Shown: positions 13,120 through 22,849, counted from the stretch's first letter. The stretch: 40,113 nucleotides of DNA from Octopus bimaculoides (GCF_001194135.2 NC_068989.1:67002646-67042758); one strand, 5' to 3'. The notes: a model not told the origin generated them from the letters alone. Made by a program: numbers and translations.

Positions 13120-14640
13120 ATTTAATCTCCATTACTTCTGACATTTTGCAANNNNNNNNNNNNNNNNNNNNNNNNNNNNNNNNNNNNNNNNNNNNNNNNN
13201 NNNNNNNNNNNNNNNNNNNNNNNNNNNNNNNNNNNNNNNNNNNNNNNNNNNNNNNNNNNNNNNNNNNNNNNNNNNNNNNNNNNNNNNNNNNNNNNNNNNN
13301 NNNNNNNNNNNNNNNNNNNNNNNNNNNNNNNNNNNNNNNNNNNNNNNNNNNNNNNNNNNNNNNNNNNNNNNNNNNNNNNNNNNNNNNNNNNNNNNNNNNN
13401 NNNNNNNNNNNNNNNNNNNNNNNNNNNNNNNNNNNNNNNNNNNNNNNNNNNNNNNNNNNNNNNNNNNNNNNNNNNNNNNNNNNNNNNNNNNNNNNNNNNN
13501 NNNNNNNNNNNNNNNNNNNNNNNNNNNNNNNNNNNNNNNNNNNNNNNNNNNNNNNNNNNNNNNNNNNNNNNNNNNNNNNNNNNNNNNNNNNNNNNNNNNN
13601 NNNNNNNNNNNNNNNNNNNNNNNNNNNNNNNGTTGTGAGTGTTTATTGAGCGAAAATACCTAAAGCTCCACGAGGCTCCGGCAGGGGATGGTGGCGAACC
13701 CTGCTGTACTCTTCCACCACAACCTTCTCTCACTCTTTCTTCCTGTTTCTGTTGTGCCTGTGATTCAAAGGGTCAGCCTTGTCACACTGTGTCACGCTGA
13801 ATATCCCCGAGAACTACGTTAAGGGTGCACGTGTCTGTGGAGTGCTCAACCACTTGCACGTTAATTTCACGAGCAGGCTGTTCCGTTGATTGGATCAACT
13901 GGAACCCTAGACGTCGTAAGCGATGGAGTGCCAAGAACAGTTGGAATATTTAATGTGAAATAGTAACACCTTTTACAACTGGCCATTGATAGTCTTCTTC
14001 CTGTAAATGTGTGTGCCATGCATCCAATTGATGACAATACTTCTCTACATTAACTGTTTCGTTACGGTTTATTGTTTCATAATAGTCAACACACTTCACG
14101 TCCCACCAAACGCAGAGCATAACTTTTTGATGGTATAGTCTTGACTTGAGAGAGAATTCTCATTGATTTGGGGGTGAATTCTTTTTCATTAGGTGTTATC
14201 CATTGCTGTTTTCTTTGAATATGGATATAGAGAAACTTGTGATGATTCTACTCAGGAAAGATTTGGTAGCAAGTCTACCCTTTTATGACGAGTAGAGAGC
14301 AACTCTTTGAGCCAATTGTAAGCACTTTGTCTCGTTGATATGTTTTATGAACAAAGCGTGACTAGAATTGAGCCGTTTTGCTAATTCTCGTTCAATTTGC
14401 TTTGGATTTTCCCCAACTACGGTTTTCAGAAGCTCGATATTGACGACACTCAGTCGTCCAGATCGAGGGGAATCTGCGAGAGACAAGCTTCCTGAATGTA
14501 ACTAGCCAAACTATACTTGGCATATCAAGACACATGAAGTTTCATTCCCATTAACGGAACGAATATTTCTTGTTGCTTCCATTGCTGAAGAACTTTAAAA
14601 TTCAAACGGCATGTAATGTGTGATACGGATCTGATCATTT
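13120..14640 (-). mobile_element. Second, more decayed mariner transposase, interrupted by a SINE and an N gap
   Basis: Remnants in transposase order: ATRNI and SLADSPRSGR...ELAKRLNSSH (HTH region), KQQWI, KVMLCVWWD-like, QLD, and QNVRSNGD left of the gap. Confidence 0.7.
13632..13938 (+). mobile_element. tRNA-derived SINE, family A, 5' end lost in gap
   Basis: High identity to the complete copy at 24449-24832. Confidence 0.85.
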
Positions 14641-14747
14641 TATAAGCTCATAATCGATGCAAATTTAACCACTGTAATATAAAGTAATCTATAAAGAAAA
14701 ATACAATAGAATGTAAAAATTAATGTTTATTGCTACTGACCGAGACT

Positions 14748-15069
14748 GACTACTGACCGAGACCTTTGGAAATGTGCTGTGCGTGAGAAGACTCGGCAAG
14801 CCAAGTAAGATCATTGCCAGTGCCCCTGGACTGGCTCTTGTGCGGGTGGCACATGAGATGCACCATTTTGAGAGTGGCCGTTTTCGTGCGGGTGACACGT
14901 AAAAGCACCCACTACACTCTCTGAGTGGTTGGCTTTAGGAAGGGCATCCAGCTGTAGAAACTCTGCCAAATTAGATTGGAGCCTGGTGTTGCCATCCGGT
15001 TTCACCAGTCCTCAGTCAAATCGTCCAACCCACGCTAGCATGGAAAGCGGAAGTTAAACGATGATGATG
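14748..15069 (+). mobile_element. RTE LINE 3' UTR and tail ending in (GAT)n
   Basis: Shares gtggttggc.ttaggaagggcatccagctgtagaa and ccaaccca.gc.agcatggaaa with the 3' end of the RTE copy at 25780-26075. Confidence 0.8.
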
Positions 15070-15335
15070 NNNNNNNNNNNNNNNNNNNNNNNNNNNNNNN
15101 NNNNNNNNNNNNNNNNNNNNNNNNNNNNNNNNNNNNNNNNNNNNNNNNNNNNNNNNNNNNNNNNNNNNNNNNNNNNNNNNNNNNNNNNNNNNNNNNNNNN
15201 NNNNNNNNNNNNNNNNNNNNNNNNNNNNNNNNNNNNNNNNNNNNNNNNNNNNNNNNNNNNNNNNNNNNNNNNNNNNNNNNNNNNNNNNNNNNNNNNNNNN
15301 NNNNNNNNNNNNNNNNNNNNNNNNNNNNNNNNNNN

Positions 15336-15571
15336 GCGAACCCTGCTGTACTCTTCCACCACAACTTTCTCTCACTTCCTGTTTCTGTTGTGCTTGTATT
15401 TCAAAGGGTCAGCCTTGTCACACTGTGTCACGCTGAATATCCCCGAGAACTACGTTAAGGGTACACGTGTCTGTGGAGTGCTCAGCCACTTGCACGTTAA
15501 TTTCACGAGCAAGCTGTTCCGTTGATCGGATAAACTGGAACCCTCGACGTCAACGACGCAGTGCCAACAAC
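15336..15571 (+). mobile_element. SINE family A, 3' part
   Basis: Near-identical to 24585-24832. Confidence 0.85.
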
Positions 15572-15874
15572 TGAAAAAGATCTTGCTCTCTTCCTCGTGA
15601 TCTTCAGACACAAAGAACTGCCAACATCATCGTTGAAAAACTACCTTCAATGTGATCTAGTCACAAATACTACAGGACATTCTTTCTAGCCTAATATGTG
15701 TTTGGTGAATATTGCATTGATATTTGGTTGGAAATTGGTATGTGTTTGCCTTAAAATATCAGACTCCTCCAGATTCAATTCACTAGTAATTCAGCACCTT
15801 TAATGTTCAAGATCGTTTCAGGTGTTTATCGAATAGTTGAATAGCCACAGAGACTTTGTTGGATCTTGCAATAT

Positions 15875-16216
15875 GAAGGTGCATGGCTCAGTGGTCGGGC
15901 TCACAGTCATGAGGTAATGAGTTCGATTCCCGGATTGGGCTGTGTGCTGTGTTCTTAAGCAAGACACTTTATTTTACGTTGCTCCAATTCACTCAGCTGT
16001 AGAAATGAGTTGCGACGTAATTGGTACCAAGCTGTATCGGCCTTCACTTTTCTTTGGATAACGTTGATGGAGTGAAGAGAGAAGAGGCTGGCATGCAGGG
16101 GTGACTACTGGTCTTCTATAAACAAATTTATCAGGACTTGTGCCTCAGAGAGTAACTTTCTAAGTGCAATCCGATGGTCATTCATGACTGAAGGTGGTCT
16201 TTGCGCTTTACCCTTA
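15875..16216 (+). mobile_element. tRNA-derived SINE, family D
   Basis: A-box (tggctcagtgg) and B-box (gttcgattcc) head. Reverse-complement copy at 28565-28918. Confidence 0.8.
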
Positions 16217-16474
16217 CTGGACCTTGCCATAGAGTGTTTTCTTTTGTTTAAATGGTTGAGACCGGTCATGGGAAAATTGTGACGTTAGGCGTGCAATTAA
16301 AATTGACAGAATTTGAGCTTAAAACAGAGGGTTGTAACTAAATTTCAAAAGGTATTTTATCTGATGCTCTAACAATTCTGCCACTCAACTGCCTTATATT
16401 GAAGTTGTACATTTACTATAGACATGGTAAACAAAAACAAAAAGGATAGAAAGAGAAAAGAAAAGTGTACTTAT

Positions 16475-16815
16475 ATCATCATCATCATCATTTAATGTCC
16501 TTTTTCCATGCTGACATGGGTTAGACAGTTTGGCCAGAGTTGGTAAGTCGGAGAGCTGTACTGAGCTCCAGTCATGTTTCAGCTTGATGCCTTACCTAAC
16601 GCCAACCACTTTACACAGTGTTCTGGTGTCTTTTACATGTCACCAGCACTGGTCACAACTATGAATTCACCTAGCTTCATGTGTCTTCTCAAGCACAGCA
16701 GATCACTAGAAGTGTCAGTTGTGATCGCCTTTGTGAGACTCAACAAATGAGGATCATATTTCACCACCTCATTCCAGATTTTCCTGGGTCTACCCATTCC
16801 ACAGGTTCCCACCAC
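16475..16815 (-). mobile_element. RTE LINE 3' fragment just downstream of PHB2
   Basis: Translation GTCGMGRPRKIWNEVVKYD, plus the shared tail and (GAT)n. Confidence 0.75.
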
Positions 16816-16942
16816 AATTAGAAATCAGCACTCCATCCTCCAAATTAGAGATCAGCACATCTTCCATCAAATTAAGATTTTCAAAATTTGTACAAAATAA
16901 AAACACAAAAACAAAATGTATTAAGTAATTATATATTTTGGT

Positions 16943-16948
16943 TTTATT
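16943..16948 (-). terminator. Probable PHB2 polyadenylation signal AATAAA
   Basis: AATAAA about 140 nt past the stop codon, followed on the minus strand by a U/GU-rich tract (ttttgtttttgtgtttt). Confidence 0.5.
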
Positions 16949-17086
16949 TACTTTTGTTTACACATATTTTAGAGAATAAAAAAAAATTTCAATTTTTCAA
17001 ACCTTTCTCACTACTGTAGTGGATTATGTATTCACGTGATTACATCTGGAAATTATTTTTCCAAAAAGGAATAATGGTATGAATTT

Positions 17087-17188
17087 TTACTTTTTCAGAC
17101 TGTTGGCAGACTCTCCAAATAAAGGATCCATAATGTTTAACATCAAGGAATTGGAATTCAAGAAAGCCCGATTCTGGGAAGAAGCAAT
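17087..17188 (-). CDS. PHB2: Prohibitin-2 final coding exon 8 (IASSQNRAFLNSNSLMLNIMDPLFGESANSLKK*)
   Basis: Acceptor tactttttttgcag|, IASSQNR motif, TAA stop at 17089-17087. The eight exons total 891 nt = 296 aa plus stop, with no frameshift. Confidence 0.94.
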   Translation of the reverse strand: MASSQNRAFLNSNSLMLNIMDPLFGESANSLKK

Positions 17189-17832
17189 CTGCAAAAAAAG
17201 TACAAAATAAAATGCATTGAAACTTGTGATGAAATACACTGTTGAAGATGATACACACACACACCAAGTTAACACTGGTCCAGCAGTCTTATGCTAAAAA
17301 ATGTTCCAACTGTGATCATCAAATCATTTTGTGTCTTAGAGACTATATTGTAAAAAAAAATCTATTTTTTTAAGGCATACGAGAGATTAGCTGCTATTTC
17401 TAGCAAGTTGACTACCTGCACATAAACTTCACACATTGGTTGATGAAAACATGATATAAATATCACAAGCAGGAATACTACAGTAGCATGAATCAGACAG
17501 GACTCATCCCTCATTGCAGTTGTCATCAAACACACAGCAACAGAGAAAAAAACAACCAGCTTTGTTGCATATGTCACAGTGTCAACAGGATGCATTTTAT
17601 TGTGCCACCAATACCAGACAGATTGTCCTATTCAATAAGACTAAAGAACAACCTATCTCCTTTTTCAGTTCTTATATTCTGAGTTATTGCCCTCTTAGAG
17701 GAAATAGTTGGCTTGTAAAGTTCACCTCTCGATCACAGATGCATATATCATAATCATGTCATCAAGGGTGATTATCATAATCATCACCATTCCACATCAG
17801 TTTTTCTTCTCATGTTGACATGGAGTGAATTG

Positions 17833-18146
17833 GTGTTGTCTCACAACCCCACCAAACCCCCACAGTCCTCCATCTCTCGCAACCCACAAGAATCTTGTCT
17901 TGCAAACCCATTACAGCCCCCTCACTTGCCACAGTCTACTTGCCTTGTGGCCTGCCACAGTCCTGTCTCACAACCCACCAGAGTCTGCTGTCTCATAAGC
18001 ACCATGATTTTTTATCTCACAACCAGTCATGGCCCTTTATTTTGCTATCCACCATGGTCCTTCATCTTGCAACCCACCATGCCCCTTCATCTCACAACCA
18101 GCCATACGCCTTTATCTTGCAACCAGCCATGCTCCTTTGTCTCACT
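17833..18146. repeat. Degenerate 25-bp minisatellite (consensus about tttatct[ca/tg]caaccagccatgcycc)
   Basis: Five clean 25-nt registers at 18011, 18036, 18061, 18086 and 18111, with more eroded units to the left. Confidence 0.75.
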
Positions 18147-18272
18147 CAACATACACAAGAACAGAGGAAAACAAGATAATTTTGATTTTATATACATCAT
18201 TTTTGCATTGGTTTTTATAACTGGATGTTCTTCCTATCACCAACCACTTTATATTCCACTTTAAATACCACC

Positions 18273-18845
18273 AACACTAGAGTGGTCATCATTGGCAACA
18301 CTAGAACAGTTGTCATTGGCAACACTAGAACAGTTGTCATTGGCAACACTAGAACAGTTGTCACTGGCAACACTAGCCCAGTTGTCACTGGCAACACTAG
18401 CCCAGTTGTCACTGGCAACACTAGCACAGTTGTCACTGGCAACACTAGCACAGTTGTCACTGGCAACACTAGAACAGTTGTCACTGGCAACACTAGAACA
18501 GTTGTCACTGGCAACACTAGAACAGTTGTCACTGGCAACACTAGAACAGTTGTCACTGGCAACACTAGAACAGTTGTCACTGGCAACACTAGAACAGTTG
18601 TCACTGGCAACACTAGAACAGTTGTCACTGGCAACACTAGAACAGTTGTCATTGGCAACACTAGAACAGTTGTCACTTGCAACACTAGAATAGTTGTCAC
18701 TGGCAACACCAGAATAGTTGTCACTGGCAACACTAGAATAGTTGTCACTGGCAACACTAGAATAGTTGCCACTGGCGACACTAGAATAGTTGTCATTGGC
18801 AACACTAGAACAGTTGTCATTGGCAACACTAGAACAGTTGTCATT
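18273..18845. repeat. 24-bp minisatellite, about 24 copies (aacactagaacagttgtcactggc)
   Basis: Directly visible tandem array with a few variant blocks, inside PHB2 intron 7. Confidence 0.98.
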
Positions 18846-19187
18846 GTCTTCTTTTTAACTTATATCACCTCTGTTGGTTAATTCCAAATACAAACCACTT
18901 CAGTGTGGACTGAGTATATTTTTTATCATTCCACTAACACTAAAGATGTTATGCCCAACTACACCACAAGTGTCTGTTTTACTTTACATTGTCATCATCA
19001 TTGTCATTTAACGTCCACTTTCCATGCTGGCATGGGTTGGACCTATTGTCCCTATTCAAATACATAGCAAAGCTGAAAAATCATTTGAAAAGTATAATAT
19101 TCTAAAGTATAATATTCTAAAGAAACTTAGTTGGGAAAAAAAAATATCCAAACAGTTAAGAAAAGACAATAAATCAAAGATACATAC

Positions 19188-19265
19188 AGTTTTAGAAATT
19201 GATTGTGCAGCCCGTATCTTCCTCAACTTTAAATATCCAGGGTTTATAGATATAGCATTTCCAAG
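19188..19265 (-). CDS. PHB2: Prohibitin-2 coding exon 7 ([26 protein letters not shown])
   Basis: Preceded by TTCTTTAACcttgttAC|, donor ACT|GTATGT, 78 nt. Matches the PHB2 [13 protein letters not shown] motif. Confidence 0.96.
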
Positions 19266-19499
19266 GTAACAAGGTTAAAGAAAACAATATTTCATATTTT
19301 TAAATAATAAATATTTTACTGCGTAAAATATGAGCATAAAACCTGCTTGAAATATAACAGTCCCTGTGAAAAAAATGAATGCCATGTGAAGTCTGAAAAC
19401 TATTAGGGATCAGTCTTTTAGAGTATAAATGATGAGGTCAGTTTTTGGTCTCCTTTATCTCATTCTTTCAGCTCTTAGTCAGTCCTTTCACATCAATAC

Positions 19500-19890
19500 T
19501 ACCTTCAGGATTATGATTTTTCTTGCAAGTTGTCATCAAAGAGTAAAGCTATCTTTCTGGATGCAGACAAAAGCCATCTCCTCTACATTTCTCTAAGACT
19601 TCAGTGTAAACAATGCTACTAAGCCTTCAGCCCAGTCCAGATCAAAGAACCTTATAATATAGTTACCCATCTTTCAACAACCTCTATCTTTCATCTCCGA
19701 TTCAGATGATCATCTTCATCTATTAACAAGCTCTTTCTCCTTCCAACCTCCATTTCATCATTTCTGGTTTAACCTAAGACTCAGCCATGTCCTTCTCATA
19801 TTCTTCCTTCTGTACATAACAATTTCCTCATCCTTACTTCTGACTGTACATACTTGTATGCAGATGATATCCTGCCCTTCACATCTTAAT
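19500..19890 (+). mobile_element. Highly decayed CR1/L2-group LINE RT fragment
   Basis: TATGCAGATGATATC (YADDI) near 19858, preceded by FLLYI-like codons. Frameshifted. Confidence 0.55.
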
Positions 19891-20004
19891 ACCATTTTTC
19901 ACATTGGCACTTTTCAGATTCATTGAAGATACTTCATACTATACAAACATTACCTCCATGAACAGGAAGAAAGTCAGAAAACATCCTCCAAGAATGGTTT
20001 CAAA

Positions 20005-20175
20005 TTTTAGTACAGGGCCAGCAGTTTCTGAGAGGAGTGAGGAGTTAACTACATGGACCCCAGTACTTGGTTGGTACTCATTTTATCAACTCCAAAAGGG
20101 CAAAAGAAAGTCGACCTTGGCGGAACTTGAACTCAGAACATAAAAGACAGACAATCATTTTGCCAACTCACCACC
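20005..20175 (-). mobile_element. Family-B SINE in PHB2 intron 6
   Basis: Reverse-complement core match (aaagtcgaccttggcggaacttgaactcagaac). Confidence 0.65.
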
Positions 20176-20268
20176 TTAATTATCCTCCAATAATGACATA
20201 ACTATTAGTCCCTTTGTCTAAACAATAAAATGAAATCTTCCTACACATGTCAAAGAAAATCCCTACAA

Positions 20269-20686
20269 CAGCAATGCACAACCTGCAACCCACAAGGGCA
20301 TTTTATGCAGCCCACAAAACCATTTTACAAAAACTTTCTAATTTTAATAACTGAAAATTAACAGTGAACAAGGTACCACAATCACACTGAAAACACACAT
20401 AATAGTACCTATTTATTAACTTTTATTATTATATTTCCTTTCATGTCTTTGAGTAAATTGCCATATCCATCAAAACACACTCCTTTTTGGTGGAATACAT
20501 GATATAAACTTGTTAGGCGTTCTAAGCAATTTTAAGATGTTTGTTACCTAAAATTTTCAATAACCTTTTCTATGCTACTGTTTTGTATCTTTCTTGATCA
20601 TCCAAATTATGATATACCTTGTGGCCTGCCTCGAATAACTGAATTCACAATTTGGCCCTTTGAACAAAAAAGGTTGTGCATACCTG
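20269..20686. mobile_element. hAT-type MITE, 418 bp
   Basis: TIRs CAGCAATGCACAACCT / CAGGTATGCACAACCT (14/16). Perfect 8-bp TSD CCCTACAA at 20261-68 and 20687-94. Confidence 0.88.
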
Positions 20687-20919
20687 CCCTACAATTTCCT
20701 TCTCATGAAGATCACACAACTAAAATCTTCACAAACAACAAGAGCACTAGACCTCATAATTTCTGATGAATTTCATGACAATCAAACACACATACCATAC
20801 CTAAAACTGAATTTTAAAGGAAACTGCAGCTGCTAAACAATATTTTAGTCTGCATTAGTAAAAAGCAAACGGTTTGACCAATTAATAAATCTTTTCTCAA
20901 CATACTGCAACCTCTAGAA

Positions 20920-21161
20920 CAGCGCTTCTCAACCATTTTTTACCTGTGGATCCCTTTGATTCCTATTTTACCTTTGGATGGACCCTTCTAGCCATTCAAT
21001 GTTTTAAAAAATATTTTTATAATTAAATATTATTAGGAATTGTTACAGAAAAAATTAATATATTTTGTGTATTGTAGAAGTAATAACTTATTGCAAATAA
21101 ATTTTAACAAAATTTTACATGGACCCCCAAGGGCCATATGGACCCTGTTTGGGAACCACTG
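20920..21161. mobile_element. hAT (Charlie-like) MITE, 242 bp
   Basis: TIRs CAGCGCTTCTCAACC / CAGTGGTTCCCAAAC. Perfect 8-bp TSD CTCTAGAA (20912-19, 21162-69) fits the NTCTAGAN Charlie target preference. Confidence 0.88.
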
Positions 21162-21193
21162 CTCTAGAACAATATTAGTGTACTGTATCAATT

Positions 21194-21260
21194 TTACAAA
21201 TTGATGGTAGCACCTGCTCTTCATAATCTAACCCCAATCGTAGGTACATGGCAGGTAAAT
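21194..21260 (-). pseudogene. Duplicated 67-bp internal fragment of PHB2 exon 4
   Basis: 64/67 identical to 26254-26320, in the same orientation. Confidence 0.92.
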
Positions 21261-21458
21261 CACTACAACAGCACCTCTGAACTAGCAAGCTGTATACTTT
21301 TTTGTACCTCACCCTCAACATAATTCAACTAATCTTTCCTCTCAGAACTGCAAGCCCTCAACAACTCACACCTCCACACAATTTCCCCTACAGCTATCCA
21401 CTTCCAGCAGTTCATCTTAAACATCAATATCAACCTCACTAGTTTAGGAAAACCTTAA

Positions 21459-21678
21459 CCCTTTAGTGTTCAGATTATTCTGTCAAATGTAATGCTTATT
21501 CATTCCCATTGCTTTGAATTAATCGTGTATTATCTTAAAGCTTTCAGATTTTGATGATGTGACTGGATATTTTTAGAATGAGATAATAGGGTAGATGGCA
21601 GAGGTTAAATATGGCCAGTTTAAACATAAAACAGGTAAAATATTTTGGCCGGATATGGCCAATTTAAATGCTAAAGGA
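21459..21678. mobile_element. piggyBac-type MITE
   Basis: TTAA|CCCTTTAG...CTAAAGGA|TTAA. Partial sister copy at about 29041-29208. Confidence 0.8.
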
Positions 21679-21890
21679 TTAAAGAACATTGGGTACTGCT
21701 GGTCTCACATGAAGTAGGGAACAGAAAAAAAAATGGTTAAACTAATAAGTCAACATTATTGTGAAATCATCAGGAGTCAATCATCAATAAAGACCGTATC
21801 AATTATCAGTAAATAAGGCAAGGTTTCTTTCTTCAAGATCAATCAGCTGAAATATAGAAAGGAAAACACACAAACAGAATAAAAGGATAT

Positions 21891-21998
21891 CATCTTTGCA
21901 GCTTCAGCTTCACCTTCAGCCTGTACGATCTTCTGTTGACGTTCCTGTTTGGCTTTTTCTACAACAAACTGAGCTCGCTGAGCTTCTTGTTGGGCAAC
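21891..21998 (-). CDS. PHB2: Prohibitin-2 coding exon 6 ([36 protein letters not shown])
   Basis: Acceptor ctttttag|, 108 nt, coiled-coil region. Followed by the non-canonical donor ATATCCTTTT. Confidence 0.96.
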
Positions 21999-22337
21999 CT
22001 AAAAAGACCAAAATAAACAGGAGACCATTAGAAACGTCACACAGAGGGGTTAAATTAAACTATGGTACTTCATTGGGATGAGAAGAGATAACAATGGGAG
22101 AATACATAGAGGAAATGATAGTGGAAGATGAGGGAAAGCAATAAGAATTACGATGGAAAAGAACAGAGGAAATGACAATGGGAGAGTGGAGAGGTGAGAT
22201 TAATGACAATGGGAGAGAGGAGAGGTGAGATTGTAGTATAAGCAGTGACTAACGAAATTGTTGTGTGGTGAGAGGTAAACTTTATAACATTTGATTTTTC
22301 TAGTGCCACCTCATGAGACAAAAATTTCTTGTTTTAA

Positions 22338-22557
22338 CCCTTTAGTTACCATACCGCTTTCAAACTTCACAGCTTTTGTTTCATTTAATTTTGAAAAATA
22401 ATGAAGAAATTAATAAAATAACTTGACCAGTTTAAGGTGGAGTTTGGAACATAAATTAGAATGAAATTTTGAAGGTTTTAGTTTAGGTCATATTAAAATG
22501 GGAAGTCTGTACCATAAAACCAGTGAGGTGGTCTTAGGCAGGTTGACATTAAAAGGG
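22338..22557. mobile_element. piggyBac-type MITE, second family
   Basis: TTAA|CCCTTT...AAAGGG|TTAA. A split sister copy lies at 29425-30326. Confidence 0.8.
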
Positions 22558-22620
22558 TTAAAATGTTGGGGAGGGAGGTAGGCAGACAGACAGACAAGAG
22601 AAAAACCTTCTGAAGCTAAC

Positions 22621-22806
22621 CTGTTTGGATTCTACAGCAGCTGTGTATTCCCGACCAAAACTCAGCTCTGTAATAGAGACATCATCAAGAATGATGTTAA
22701 AATCCTTTGCACGGTTGTGTAGTTCTCGTCGAATAAGCACACTGACCTGTTGTCGCTGAGTTATCAGTTGAGAGGCATTAAATTTGGCAACGACACTTTT
22801 CAGAAC
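22621..22806 (-). CDS. PHB2: Prohibitin-2 coding exon 5 ([62 protein letters not shown])
   Basis: Acceptor ttttctctccag|, donor CAG|GTTAGC, 186 nt, phase 0/0. Overlaps supplied ORF 22558-22740. Confidence 0.97.
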
Positions 22807-22849
22807 CTGGAGAGAAAATAAAAATAAAAGGCTTTTACATATGCTTTCT

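Larger units (their letters stand above)
19266..21890 (-). other. PHB2: U12-type (minor spliceosome) AT-AC intron, PHB2 intron 6, 2625 nt
   Basis: 5' end ATATCCTTTT matches the U12 consensus RTATCCTT. Branch site TTCTTTAAC at 19282-19274, terminal AC at 19267-19266. Removal joins AAKM|LGNA in frame. Confidence 0.95.

Noticed and set aside
2150-15525. Long ORFs containing X runs
   Set aside because: Artefacts of translating through the five N gaps.
18273-18845. CRISPR array
   Set aside because: The units are contiguous 24-bp tandem copies with no unique spacers, there are no cas genes, and the context is a eukaryotic intron.
21700-21850. C/D-box snoRNA suggested by TGATGA motifs on the minus strand
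   Set aside because: The nearest CTGA is only a few nt from the C-like box, and there is no terminal stem.
21860-21895. GT-AG alternative for the exon 6/7 junction
   Set aside because: No GT donor lies at a position that preserves AAKM|LG. The AT-AC boundaries match the U12 consensus and give the exact expected join.
22172-22232. About 28-bp duplication in a purine-rich tract
   Set aside because: An ordinary two-copy slippage in low-complexity intron sequence.
22558-22806. Prohibitin-1 (PHB1) assignment
   Set aside because: [38 protein letters not shown] and KLRKIRAAQ are PHB2-type, and the N-terminal leader is PHB2-like.
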